A stretch of DNA of 34,779 nt from Minisyncoccia bacterium (GCA_038323465.1 JBBQGX010000003.1:1-34779), one strand, 5' to 3'; counted from the first letter of the stretch, positions 7,406 to 16,522 are shown. Numbers and translations: made by a program. The notes: a model not told the origin generated them from the letters alone.

Positions 7406-8020
7406 TTATCTGAGAATGAAAAAACCCAATATCATCGCTACAAAGTTTAGGATAGTATGAGCGACAGATACCAGAGGTAGATTTTTATATTGATAATACA
7501 TCCATGCAAAACCTACCCCTGCGATAAACGTCATCGGCAATACAAAGATAGAGTTTAAATATATAACATGCATCATCGCAAAGACGAGAGCGTTTAGAGT
7601 TATTATGAAAATAGGACTCTTAAATGCACATGTAAGCATATTCATCAAAACTCCACGAAATATAATTTCTTGCAAAATACTAAGAGGTATAAAAAGCAAC
7701 AGAAAACGTATATTGTCATCCCATTCTAAAAAAGGATTATGAGGCACAACTTGGGCAAGCCAAATAAGAAAAAAAACTCCACCAACAGTAAAGAGTGAGT
7801 ATGGAATTATATCTTTTAAGAAATCTCTAGTAATTCCAATGTCAGAATGAGTCCACTTTGCATGTTTAATAATTCCAAGTAACATCATAGCCACACCAAG
7901 CAACATCATAAAACGAAAGTTGCCTGGTAAAACTTTAAAATATAACAATAGGGTTGGAATAATAAACAAATATAATATTTGAAGGAGAACAATCTCTTTT
8001 TGCATCTTTGTATTATCCAT
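7406..8020 (-). CDS. CPBP family intramembrane glutamic endopeptidase (Abi/CAAX protease-like)
   Basis: 204 aa, multi-TM; QEIIFRG, FAMMH, AHTILN motifs. Confidence 0.88.
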   Translation of the reverse strand: MDNTKMQKEIVLLQILYLFIIPTLLLYFKVLPGNFRFMMLLGVAMMLLGIIKHAKWTHSDIGITRDFLKDIIPYSLFTVGGVFFLIWLAQVVPHNPFLEWDDNIRFLLLFIPLSILQEIIFRGVLMNMLTCAFKSPIFIITLNALVFAMMHVIYLNSIFVLPMTFIAGVGFAWMYYQYKNLPLVSVAHTILNFVAMILGFFILR

Positions 8021-8042
8021 GATTCTATTATACTATAGAGAT
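8021..8042. promoter_or_regulatory. 22-bp divergent double promoter with overlapping -10 boxes
   Basis: TATAAT (-) 8032-8027, 6 nt before CPBP ATG; TACTAT (+) 8031-8036, 6 nt before ATG 8043. Confidence 0.6.
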
Positions 8043-9692
8043 ATGATTAAACTCAAATATATAATAATTCTTTTAATCGCTCTTATCGGAATTAATCAAG
8101 CAGAAGCGTTGGACATTCAATATGGAAGTCTGAAAAGTTATAGTGGGTCAAATGTTTTAATAGAATATTATGGCCTCGGAAATAAAAACAATTATCTTTG
8201 TAATATTTCAAATTTCAAATGCTCATCAACAAAAAAGACAATTTTGGGTAAATCATCAAACCCACCTATATTAAAAAATTCAATTAAACAAGAATTAAAA
8301 GACAAAGGGGCTAGACATGAAACTTTATCAAAGTCAGGGAATTGGCTAGCTTATTATATTCCCGCTTCTTCTCCTCTTAACATTCGAACTTATGTTATAA
8401 AGAACACAAAAACTAACGATAATTATATACTATCAAGCAGTGTCTCATATTGGGATTTGGTTGACGAGCAAATAAAGATATTTGAATTTTCATCAGATGA
8501 AAAATCTTTATATTATTTAGATGACAAGGACGGCTTGATGTCGATTTATAAATCTAATTTAAAATCACTCAAGGATGGAATTTTTGAAAATACTAAAATT
8601 CAAACCACTGCATTTCATATAAATTATTTTATTATTTATGATCCCACAAATATATTTTATGTTGGTAATACAAAAGAAAATCCCTACAAATGGACAATAC
8701 GCTCTCTCGATCTAAAAACTGGAAAAGAAAAACTTATAGAATCAAATGTCTCTTACCTCGATAGGATAACAAAGATAGGAACATCTCTGATTTTTATTCG
8801 AATGCAAGAAAAAGGTTATGGCCCAGAAGTATATAATGTTAAAACAAAAAAAATCGGCTATTTTAAAGTTCCCAAAATTAATACAAGAATAACACTAAAG
8901 AATGAAGAACCAGTAAAAATCGGAAACCAAAATGCTATTGTGATGACTCCTCCTTCATATGATTCCAAAAAAACTTATCCAGTAGTAATATGGCTTCATG
9001 GTGGACCACTTCGTCAAACAAGTTTAGGTTATCATCCATATCATAGTTATGGAATATATGATTCGATTCTAAAACTATTACAAAAAAATAATGTCATCGT
9101 TCTTAAATTAGATTATAGAGGAAGTTTTGGAGCTGGGCGCACCTATTCAGAAGCAATAAAGGGCTCTGTTGGTAAAGGCGATACTGAAGATGTAATGGAA
9201 GCTGTTACTTATATACGTAAACAATATAGCGTTAGTGATATTTACCTAGCTGGAAATAGTTATGGTGGATATATGTCACTCCGTGCTGTAGTAGAGCATC
9301 CTGATACATTCAAAGGAATATTTTCTATTAATGGTGTAACTGATTGGGAAAGTTTGCTTGTGAAAATGCAGACCTCAATATTTAATACTCAGTTTTATGG
9401 ATTACCAAACGAAAGTAATAGAAATCTTTACGACCAAGCTTCTATTATTAAAAAAATAGAAAATTTAGGGAATCAAAGGATCGAAATAATCCAGGGGGAA
9501 GCTGATAGAACTATTCCCGCTTGGCAGGCAACTTTACTTTACGATAAATTGAAAGAAGCAGGGAAAAATGTAAATATTACAACCTATAAAGGAGAAGATC
9601 ATGTATTCAAAGAAAAAAAGAATATTGGAGATATATGCGTCAGACTTTTTGGCTTAATCGGAATCCCAGTAGATAAAGAATGTACCAAATAA
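8043..9692 (+). CDS. Secreted S9 family (prolyl oligopeptidase/DPP-like) serine peptidase
   Basis: Signal peptide ending AEA; WLHGGP, DYRGS.G.G, nucleophile GNSYGG, GEADRTI, EDHVF; start moved to 8043 (track 8019). Confidence 0.9.
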   Translation: MIKLKYIIILLIALIGINQAEALDIQYGSLKSYSGSNVLIEYYGLGNKNNYLCNISNFKCSSTKKTILGKSSNPPILKNSIKQELKDKGARHETLSKSGNWLAYYIPASSPLNIRTYVIKNTKTNDNYILSSSVSYWDLVDEQIKIFEFSSDEKSLYYLDDKDGLMSIYKSNLKSLKDGIFENTKIQTTAFHINYFIIYDPTNIFYVGNTKENPYKWTIRSLDLKTGKEKLIESNVSYLDRITKIGTSLIFIRMQEKGYGPEVYNVKTKKIGYFKVPKINTRITLKNEEPVKIGNQNAIVMTPPSYDSKKTYPVVIWLHGGPLRQTSLGYHPYHSYGIYDSILKLLQKNNVIVLKLDYRGSFGAGRTYSEAIKGSVGKGDTEDVMEAVTYIRKQYSVSDIYLAGNSYGGYMSLRAVVEHPDTFKGIFSINGVTDWESLLVKMQTSIFNTQFYGLPNESNRNLYDQASIIKKIENLGNQRIEIIQGEADRTIPAWQATLLYDKLKEAGKNVNITTYKGEDHVFKEKKNIGDICVRLFGLIGIPVDKECTK

Positions 9693-9696
9693 CTAA

Positions 9697-9731
9697 TAAA
9701 AATAACATAGACATTGCCTATGTTATTTTTA
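9697..9731. terminator. Bidirectional terminator between convergent S9 peptidase and adenosyltransferase genes
   Basis: 14-bp perfect inverted repeat taaaaataacatag/ctatgttattttta, 7-nt loop. Confidence 0.8.
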
Positions 9732-10334
9732 TTTCTTATTGTAATCTGGATGCTCTTCTTTTATAGATAAGACAAAGTTAACATGACGAGATAGTGCAAA
9801 GAGAACACTTGAGAGTCTGTTTAGATATGCAACAGTTTGAGGGCTTATTTTTCTAATTCCTTCTTCACTTACTCCTACTATTTTTCGTTCACAGTTACGA
9901 GCAAGCGTACGAGCATAATCCAGATGAGCAGAGAGTAAACTTCCACCAGAAATCGTAAAAGAAGTGATAGGTGGCAAAACTTCTCCAATGGAATAAATTA
10001 TTTTTTCAAGTTTTTTTGTATTATTCTTTCCTACTTTTATATTTGAACCTGCAAGTTCTGCTTGAATGATAAATAATACCTGCTGGATGTCATTTATAAT
10101 GTCTGAATACAGAATTTTTTTATTTCCAAATATGACTTTCAATTGTTCAATTTCAGAATAAACCTTCACTATTCCTAGATAAGCATTTAGTTCATCTGTT
10201 GACCCAAGTGCTTCTATAATACTGGCACTTTTGGATATGCGCCCTTGGTCACAGCGAAAAAGTGTAGTGGTCCCCTTGTCTCCAAATCCAGTATATAGAA
10301 TATTTTTTTTATTCCTAAAATCTTTTTTTACCAT
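9729..10334 (-). CDS. PduO-type ATP:cob(I)alamin adenosyltransferase family protein
   Basis: 201 aa; YTGFGDKGTT, EALGSTDELN, SGG...AHLDYARTLAR.CER, YLNRLSS. Confidence 0.9.
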   Translation of the reverse strand: MVKKDFRNKKNILYTGFGDKGTTTLFRCDQGRISKSASIIEALGSTDELNAYLGIVKVYSEIEQLKVIFGNKKILYSDIINDIQQVLFIIQAELAGSNIKVGKNNTKKLEKIIYSIGEVLPPITSFTISGGSLLSAHLDYARTLARNCERKIVGVSEEGIRKISPQTVAYLNRLSSVLFALSRHVNFVLSIKEEHPDYNKK

Positions 10335-10426
10335 ATATAATAATAATTATATCATATTTATATTTCTCCCAAATTTTGACATATATATCATAACGTGCTA
10401 TATTAAATTGAACCAAAAAATAAAAA

Positions 10427-10756
10427 ATGAAAAAAATAATTATGGTCTTGTCAAAAAGACCATTGGGTAAGGAATTGGATCCATTTAGAAATGATCCTGA
10501 TTTAGACCTTGTAAATAAGGTCTTTATCAAAAACAAATCCCCACAGATACTTGAGGGTATTGAGGGAATTATCTTCTATCACAATATTGATTTGTGGGAA
10601 GTAGAAGGTGTCGTCGGGGTCGTGCCAACTGAAATCAAAAAAGTGAGGGTTTTCCCTCCTGATTTTCATGGTAGGCATGAGAGAAACATGTTGGCATTTC
10701 CAACACTTCTAACAATCCAAAGTGCTTTCGAGAAGATGAAAGAACTTCTGAATTGA
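10427..10756 (+). CDS. Hypothetical protein
   Basis: 109-aa ORF with plausible composition; TGcTATATT extended -10 upstream. Confidence 0.6.
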   Translation: MKKIIMVLSKRPLGKELDPFRNDPDLDLVNKVFIKNKSPQILEGIEGIIFYHNIDLWEVEGVVGVVPTEIKKVRVFPPDFHGRHERNMLAFPTLLTIQSAFEKMKELLN

Positions 10757-10824
10757 CTATGATGTTTGAATTATTTTGTAAAATAATTAAAACTTTTTTA
10801 TTTTTATTGTTATTTAAAAAAATT

Positions 10825-11109
10825 ATGAAGAAAATATTGCTAGTGGTTACAAGCTTCGCTCACCTAAATAAGGTTGAGATTCGCGAAAAAGAATCTCGTT
10901 TTATGAAAGAAAAAAACTTGGATTATAAAGTTTTTTTCTTTCACCCAAAGATTCAAGGATCACAGGTTCTTGAAGATTTAGTTGATAAAATGATTGAGTT
11001 TCCAGTTATTTATGTTTTTTTTCAAGAAGAAATCACCAAAATGGGACAGGATTTCTACAAAGAATATCTCTCTCATAAAAAAGAGATTATTTACTTGGAA
11101 AAAATATAA
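10825..11109 (+). CDS. Hypothetical protein
   Basis: 94 aa from ATG 10825 (MKKILLVV); track start at 10753 adds a low-complexity AT tract; followed by a terminator. Confidence 0.55.
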   Translation: MKKILLVVTSFAHLNKVEIREKESRFMKEKNLDYKVFFFHPKIQGSQVLEDLVDKMIEFPVIYVFFQEEITKMGQDFYKEYLSHKKEIIYLEKI

Positions 11110-11136
11110 AAGTAAAAACTTATATAATAAAAAACA

Positions 11137-11163
11137 AAAGAACGACAGATTGTGTCGTTCTTT
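11137..11163. terminator. Bidirectional intrinsic terminator
   Basis: aaagaacgaca-gattg-tgtcgttcttt between convergent genes, A/T tracts on both sides. Confidence 0.8.
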
Positions 11164-11184
11164 CTTTTTACCTATTTTACAAAA

Positions 11185-12297
11185 CTACTTATGATAAACT
11201 CCTACAGCTTCACTTATATTTTTATATCCATCTTTTTTGAGTAATTTTGCTAATTCTCTATTTATTTGTCCTATTTGTTGTGGTCCCACATAGATCATAC
11301 CGGTAATCATCTGAACAAGTGAGGCGCCTCTTTTGATCTTCTCATAAGCATCAGCCCCAGTAAAAATTCCACCCGTACCTATAATCACAAACCTATCTTT
11401 ATATTTTTTATAAACTTCACTTATTAGATTATTAGAAAGTTCTTCTGTTGGTTTACCACTGAAGTTTCCTTTTCCTGCATTTTCTATTTCTTCTTTATTA
11501 AAAGATGGATTAGTCCGGTCTTTTACTAAGTTTGAAAAAATAAAACCACTAATCCATTTATAATCTTTAGCCACATCACAAAGAGCCATAGTATCATCTA
11601 CACTTTTTTCTAAATACATTTTTATATATAACGGCTTATCTATATTTAAATATGACAATTTATTGAGTAACATTCCAAAGCCAAGAGGCTGATCAAATTT
11701 GTCTTTTAGATTTTCAACATTTATCAGATTTGGACAACTTATATTAAGTTCAAAGTAATCAAAATAATCTTCTTTTAAAGCTATTTCAAAGGAAGATACT
11801 ACATCATCTATCATATCTTCAATCTTTTTATATGATTGATTAGTGGAGCCAATACTTAAGCCTAGTGGAATTTGCTTTTCATTTTTATTTATTTTTCTTA
11901 AAACATGAAGAAGGCCTCTGCTTTTAAAACCTTTATTTACAAGGAGTGATCTTGATTTAGGAAGTCTTCCTAGCATTGGTTTAGTATTTCCTTCATAAGG
12001 CAATAAGGTCACGGTCCCAATCGTGTGATATCCAAAACCAACATTAGGTAAAATATCAATCAGATCAGCATCATAATCAAATCCAGCAGCAAGCCCAATA
12101 GGATTTAAAAAAGTAATTCCAGAAACATTTATTTTTAGTGTTTTATTTTTATAACAAAATAGTTTTTCAATTAGAGATTTAGTAAAATTATAGCGACCCA
12201 AAAAACTTCCCTGTTTTAAAAAGAAAACATGTACATCATCAGCTGGGAATAAAAAGAGTATCGGCTTAATAATTTTTCGATATATAATTCCTATCAT
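11185..12297 (-). CDS. pyrD: Dihydroorotate dehydrogenase, class 2 architecture with Cys catalytic base
   Basis: 370 aa; N-terminal helical extension (KPILF.FPADDVH), NPIGLAAGFD, GTVT..P.EGN, ELNISCPN, GNFSGKP, IIGTGGI, GASLVQ. Confidence 0.85.
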   Translation of the reverse strand: MIGIIYRKIIKPILFLFPADDVHVFFLKQGSFLGRYNFTKSLIEKLFCYKNKTLKINVSGITFLNPIGLAAGFDYDADLIDILPNVGFGYHTIGTVTLLPYEGNTKPMLGRLPKSRSLLVNKGFKSRGLLHVLRKINKNEKQIPLGLSIGSTNQSYKKIEDMIDDVVSSFEIALKEDYFDYFELNISCPNLINVENLKDKFDQPLGFGMLLNKLSYLNIDKPLYIKMYLEKSVDDTMALCDVAKDYKWISGFIFSNLVKDRTNPSFNKEEIENAGKGNFSGKPTEELSNNLISEVYKKYKDRFVIIGTGGIFTGADAYEKIKRGASLVQMITGMIYVGPQQIGQINRELAKLLKKDGYKNISEAVGVYHK

Positions 12298-12298
12298 T

Positions 12299-12703
12299 TT
12301 ATTGTTCAGTTGTTACGCCGTCAAATTCTGGACCATCGGCAAGAGCGACCTCTTTTGTGGCACGAGTAATCCCATCCTTGTGATGAGCTGGAGAATAAAT
12401 AGTATAAAGCTTGAGCATCTCAACATCTGAAACATTTATAACATTGTGCTCTGCTCCCGATGGGACGATCACAGCATCCCCATCTTTGACGTCGTATGAA
12501 GTGCCATTAATAATTACTTTCCCAACACCACCTTCAAATCGAAAAAACTGGTCATTCTCTTCATGTATCTCCATACCAATATCTTCCCCAGGTTTGAGGG
12601 CCATTAAGACAAGCTGACAATGAGCCCCCGTATAAAGCACCTCTCGAAAATTTTTATTGTTTAAAGTTAACTCCTCAATATTTTGTTTAAATCCTTTTTT
12701 CAT
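12299..12703 (-). CDS. Cupin domain protein
   Basis: 134 aa; IGMEIH...DQFFRFEGG and VIVPSGAEHNVIN cupin motifs. Confidence 0.88.
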   Translation of the reverse strand: MKKGFKQNIEELTLNNKNFREVLYTGAHCQLVLMALKPGEDIGMEIHEENDQFFRFEGGVGKVIINGTSYDVKDGDAVIVPSGAEHNVINVSDVEMLKLYTIYSPAHHKDGITRATKEVALADGPEFDGVTTEQ

Positions 12704-12713
12704 ATTATATATT

Positions 12714-12837
12714 ATCTCGACACCAATACACGAATGAGAGCGAATAACACGAATGAAATATATTTATATTTATGTGTAAATCCGTTTTCATTTGTAATTT
12801 GTGTTGTGTTTATTAATTAATAATCTCTTTTATTATA
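12714..12837. repeat. Direct repeat copy 1: imperfect palindrome plus degenerate copy of the zwf 3' end
   Basis: 12714-12754 matches 13449-13489 at 38/41; 12791-12837 matches 13531-13577 at 40/47. Confidence 0.88.
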
Positions 12838-12841
12838 ACAT

Positions 12842-13438
12842 TTATTGCTTAAAAATCATTGAACCTGAATCAAAATCAAAACCTAAAACAAGATTTTCCT
12901 CTCCATTAAACATAAACCCATTCACTTGTCCTAAGTAAGTAATAAATTTTACTTCCTCAGAACCTTCACAATACATCTCTGTCTGTCCAAGAGATAGAAT
13001 CTTTAAAACTTTATTTTTCAAAGTATATTTACCAAAAAAACTATTACAATCAGTCGTACCACTCAAAATTCCATCTTTTTTAAATGTTATCGAAAATGCA
13101 CCACTTTTCTTTGGAGTAAAGATTGTGTCATCATAGTTTACTACTTCTACTAGTTGCCATTTCTTGTCTAAAATCTTACTCAGACTAACTTCATATTTAA
13201 AATTAGCTTTAATAGCTTCCTCATCTTTTGCTGGTGGTAATGGTTTTTTAGATTCAACGATAATTGGATTAACTTTATTTTCTATTGGCGTTGTTTCTTT
13301 GGCATTATCAGAAATAACCGACTTACCAGAGTTACCTAGAGGAGTCACATTTTTAATTTTATTTTTTTGCCAAAATATAATTACAATAATCACTAAAACT
13401 ATAATTATCAAAATAGAAATTATTTGATTTTTTTTCAT
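12842..13438 (-). CDS. META domain protein with N-terminal membrane anchor
   Basis: 198 aa; N-terminal TM helix; KKWQLV, SITF...G.LSGTTDCNSFFG.Y, GQTEMYC META pattern. Confidence 0.85.
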   Translation of the reverse strand: MKKNQIISILIIIVLVIIVIIFWQKNKIKNVTPLGNSGKSVISDNAKETTPIENKVNPIIVESKKPLPPAKDEEAIKANFKYEVSLSKILDKKWQLVEVVNYDDTIFTPKKSGAFSITFKKDGILSGTTDCNSFFGKYTLKNKVLKILSLGQTEMYCEGSEEVKFITYLGQVNGFMFNGEENLVLGFDFDSGSMIFKQ

Positions 13439-13448
13439 ACCATATATA

Positions 13449-13577
13449 ATCTCGACACCAATACACGAATTAGAACGAATGACACGAATAAATTTATTTT
13501 GTATTTTATTTGTGTAATTCGATGTATTTATTCGTAATTTGTGTCGTGCTTGTTAACTGATAATCTCTTCTATTATA
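13449..13577. repeat. Direct repeat copy 2: imperfect palindrome plus genuine zwf 3' end
   Basis: Left arm ctcgacaccaatacacgaat is near-complementary to right arm attcgtaatttgtgtcgtg; three CGAAT units. Confidence 0.88.
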
Positions 13578-14887
13578 CTGCCTTTTTTATAAATAATTAA
13601 ATCGTAAGTAGACTTCGCCCATGATTTTTGTAAATCATCCAATATTCTCCAAGTCTCGATTACCTCTTCGCTTGAAGTAAATAAACTATGATCACTATTA
13701 ATAGCATTAAAAAGTACTTGCTCGTAAGCCTCAGGTAGTGATAAGTAATGATCCTTAAAAGAGAAATCTAAGATGTGACGACTAACTTGATGCTCATAGC
13801 CAGGACGTTTAGCCCAAACATAAAAAGATATTCCTTCATCTGGTTGAAGCCTTAGAAGCAATTCGTTTGATTCATGCTCATTATCTTTTTTATACAGTAT
13901 TTTTATGAAAGTTGTTTTTTCTTTTAAAGCTTTACCTGTGGTCAGATTAATTTTTACTCCTTCCCACTTAGGATCAGAAGAAACCAGATCGAGAGAAACA
14001 AAAGTTTCTGTCACACTATCATTATTGCCAACTTCTTCTCTATAACCTTTGTATTGTCCACGCTTAGCATAAGTTGATAATGATTTCCCTTTTACAAGTG
14101 AGAGCTTAGAAAGAGCCTCGAATCGTAATTTAGGAACATCCTCTAGGTTATCAGCATTAGGTACTTCCATTAAGGTTAGTGCTAATAGTTGTAAAAGATG
14201 ACTTTGGACCAAATCTCGAAGAGCACCAGTTTGTTCATAAAAATTGGTGCGACCTTCGATACCAATCTCTTCGCTAACAGTCACTTCAATCTTTTCAATA
14301 AAATTCTTATTCCAAGTCTTTTTAAAAAGAGAATTTCCATCTCGGAAAACTATAATATTTTGAGCTATTTCTTTAGCTAGATAGTGATCAATACGATAAA
14401 CTTGATCAGTCTTCCAAAATTTATCAATATGAGCAACTAAATCAATAGCACTAGACAGATCCACTCCAAATGGTTTTTCTAATAAGATTTTTGAATTTTC
14501 TCTTTCTGAAAGTCCCGACTTACCAATAAATTCAATAATGCCTTTCGAAACATTTGGCGGAACAGAAAGATAAAATAAATATTGAGTAGAAGAACCAAAA
14601 TCTTTTTCTATTTCATCTAGTCGATTTTTCAAATTAAGATAATCATCAGAACTTTCTAAATCCATTTGAAGCAACTCCATATTCTCTATTAAATAATCTT
14701 TATTGGAAGTTTGATTTAATAAATTATCTAATTTAATATCACCTCGTCTCGTAACTCCGACAATTCTAAATTGTGACGGAATCATACCTGTTTTAGCGAT
14801 CTGACCAATAGCCGGTAAAAGTTTTCTCTTGGATAAATCTCCAGAGACTCCAATGATGACAAGAATTGTAGGTGTTTTATTACTCAT
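13553..14887 (-). CDS. zwf: Glucose-6-phosphate 1-dehydrogenase
   Basis: 444 aa; GVSGDLSKRK, LEKPFG, YRIDHYLAKE, YEQTGALRDLVQSH, RGQY.GY, TETF, AYE. Confidence 0.96.
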   Translation of the reverse strand: MSNKTPTILVIIGVSGDLSKRKLLPAIGQIAKTGMIPSQFRIVGVTRRGDIKLDNLLNQTSNKDYLIENMELLQMDLESSDDYLNLKNRLDEIEKDFGSSTQYLFYLSVPPNVSKGIIEFIGKSGLSERENSKILLEKPFGVDLSSAIDLVAHIDKFWKTDQVYRIDHYLAKEIAQNIIVFRDGNSLFKKTWNKNFIEKIEVTVSEEIGIEGRTNFYEQTGALRDLVQSHLLQLLALTLMEVPNADNLEDVPKLRFEALSKLSLVKGKSLSTYAKRGQYKGYREEVGNNDSVTETFVSLDLVSSDPKWEGVKINLTTGKALKEKTTFIKILYKKDNEHESNELLLRLQPDEGISFYVWAKRPGYEHQVSRHILDFSFKDHYLSLPEAYEQVLFNAINSDHSLFTSSEEVIETWRILDDLQKSWAKSTYDLIIYKKGSIIEEIIS

Positions 14888-15782
14888 TTATTTTATGACC
14901 ACCAAAAGCATTTCGCATTGATGCTAATACTTTGGTTGCAAAATTAATTTTCCCAACCTGTGAATCTAATCGAACTTTAAACGAAGCTGCTATTGCTGGT
15001 GTTTCTATATTGAAATCTTTCGCGACAGCAAGAGCCCAACGAGCTTCACCTGATTCAGCCACAACCCCACTAATACCTTCTTGATTTGGATTTTCTTTCA
15101 AGAAATCCCGAGCTAATTCATTGAGCCAGCAAGTGATCACACTGTGATGTTGCCAAACTTCTGCCGCCTCAGATAAATTGATGTTTTTGTATGGTCCCTC
15201 TTTTAGAAGATGATAACCTTCAGCAAGACTTTCCATCATTCCATATTCTATCGCATTATGAACCATTTTGACATAATGACCTGAACCGTTTTCTCCAAAA
15301 TGATGATAGGCTCCATTTGGTGCTTTTAAACTTTCCAGAATAGGCACAATAGTATTTACAGCATCCTTATCGCCCCCTACCATCATCGAAAAACCATTTT
15401 GGTATCCCCAAACCCCACCACTAGTACCGACGTCTAAAAGAACAGAACCTTTATCTTGCACATAAATTGCTCTTTCTTTAGTCAGATTATATGGGGAGTT
15501 GCCTCCATCTATTAAAATACTTCCTGGTGGTATTATAGAAAGCCAAGAACTCAATTCTTTATCCACAGCATCCGAAGGAATCATTATCCAAACAATAACT
15601 TGATCATCTCCAAAAGATTTGATCACTTCTTCTTTTGTATAACAAGCAATCATGCCAAAAGACTTCATTTCATCAACAAGACCACTACTCCTATTGTGAG
15701 CAATTACATTATACCCACTTTCGTGTAACTTTTTAGCTATTTGTGAACCCATTTTACCTAAACCTGATATTGCTATTTTCAT
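14880..15782 (-). CDS. gnd: 6-phosphogluconate dehydrogenase (decarboxylating), short form
   Basis: 300 aa; GLGKMG, IDGGNS, DVGTSGG, GHYVKMVHNAIEYG, MRNAFGGH. Confidence 0.93.
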   Translation of the reverse strand: MKIAISGLGKMGSQIAKKLHESGYNVIAHNRSSGLVDEMKSFGMIACYTKEEVIKSFGDDQVIVWIMIPSDAVDKELSSWLSIIPPGSILIDGGNSPYNLTKERAIYVQDKGSVLLDVGTSGGVWGYQNGFSMMVGGDKDAVNTIVPILESLKAPNGAYHHFGENGSGHYVKMVHNAIEYGMMESLAEGYHLLKEGPYKNINLSEAAEVWQHHSVITCWLNELARDFLKENPNQEGISGVVAESGEARWALAVAKDFNIETPAIAASFKVRLDSQVGKINFATKVLASMRNAFGGHKINE

Positions 15783-15783
15783 T

Positions 15784-16464
15784 TTATTTGTGATCGCTAA
15801 AAATTGTTAATATTGGGACTTTTTTTAATATTTGAGCAGGTTGATCCTCTATTGATATATCTTTTGATAATAATGAAACAATAGGCCATTTATCTTCTCC
15901 CATTGCAATAACTATAACTTCATTTAATTCTGATATTAATTTTGGAGTTATCGTAATTCGGTCATAAGTAGGTGTTTCAAAAAAACAAATATTTTCTCTA
16001 GAAGTGACAGCATCTGAGTAAGGTAAAATACCAGCTGTATGACCATCAAGACCCAAGCCCAATATTGCAATTTTATATTCAGCTTTACTTAACTCTTCAT
16101 TTAATTCACCTTTGATTTTTTTCATAGTTTCTGATAACGATAAACCAGAAAGATATGGGACCAATTTTGCTTCTGGCAAATCGAAACCTCTACTGACCAA
16201 TTTAAACCAATTAGAATCAGAACTGTCTGGTAATCCAAATCTCTCATCAGCCAAAGTAACAACTAAGTTTTTATTAGAAAAATCTTTGATCTTTTTTGTA
16301 GCTTCAATTTCAAACGGGATAACCGATCCACCTGAAATAAAAAGTAAAACTTTTTGTCCCATTTTCAATGGCCATAGAACAGAAGAAGAAATAAAATCTG
16401 AAACTTCTTCATTATTATTTATTATTTTTATATTTAGATTCATCTGGTTAGTAATAAATAACAT
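15784..16464 (-). CDS. pgl: 6-phosphogluconolactonase / glucosamine-6-P isomerase family
   Basis: ISGGS, LADERFG..DSSDSN, LGLGLDGHTAG, RITIT; alternative start 16443; adjacent to gnd and zwf. Confidence 0.85.
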   Translation of the reverse strand: MLFITNQMNLNIKIINNNEEVSDFISSSVLWPLKMGQKVLLFISGGSVIPFEIEATKKIKDFSNKNLVVTLADERFGLPDSSDSNWFKLVSRGFDLPEAKLVPYLSGLSLSETMKKIKGELNEELSKAEYKIAILGLGLDGHTAGILPYSDAVTSRENICFFETPTYDRITITPKLISELNEVIVIAMGEDKWPIVSLLSKDISIEDQPAQILKKVPILTIFSDHK

Positions 16465-16522
16465 TATTTTTTGCTATTTAAATTTTATTTAATAAAACAA
16501 TTGACCTTTATTTATAAGCTTT

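Noticed and set aside
12714-13577. Integron attC sites flanking the META gene
   Set aside because: No RYYYAAC/GTTRRRY core pair at the element ends and no integrase in the window; kept only as a generic palindromic direct repeat.
12714-13577. CRISPR array
   Set aside because: Only two long copies separated by a whole gene; no regular repeat-spacer period and no cas genes.
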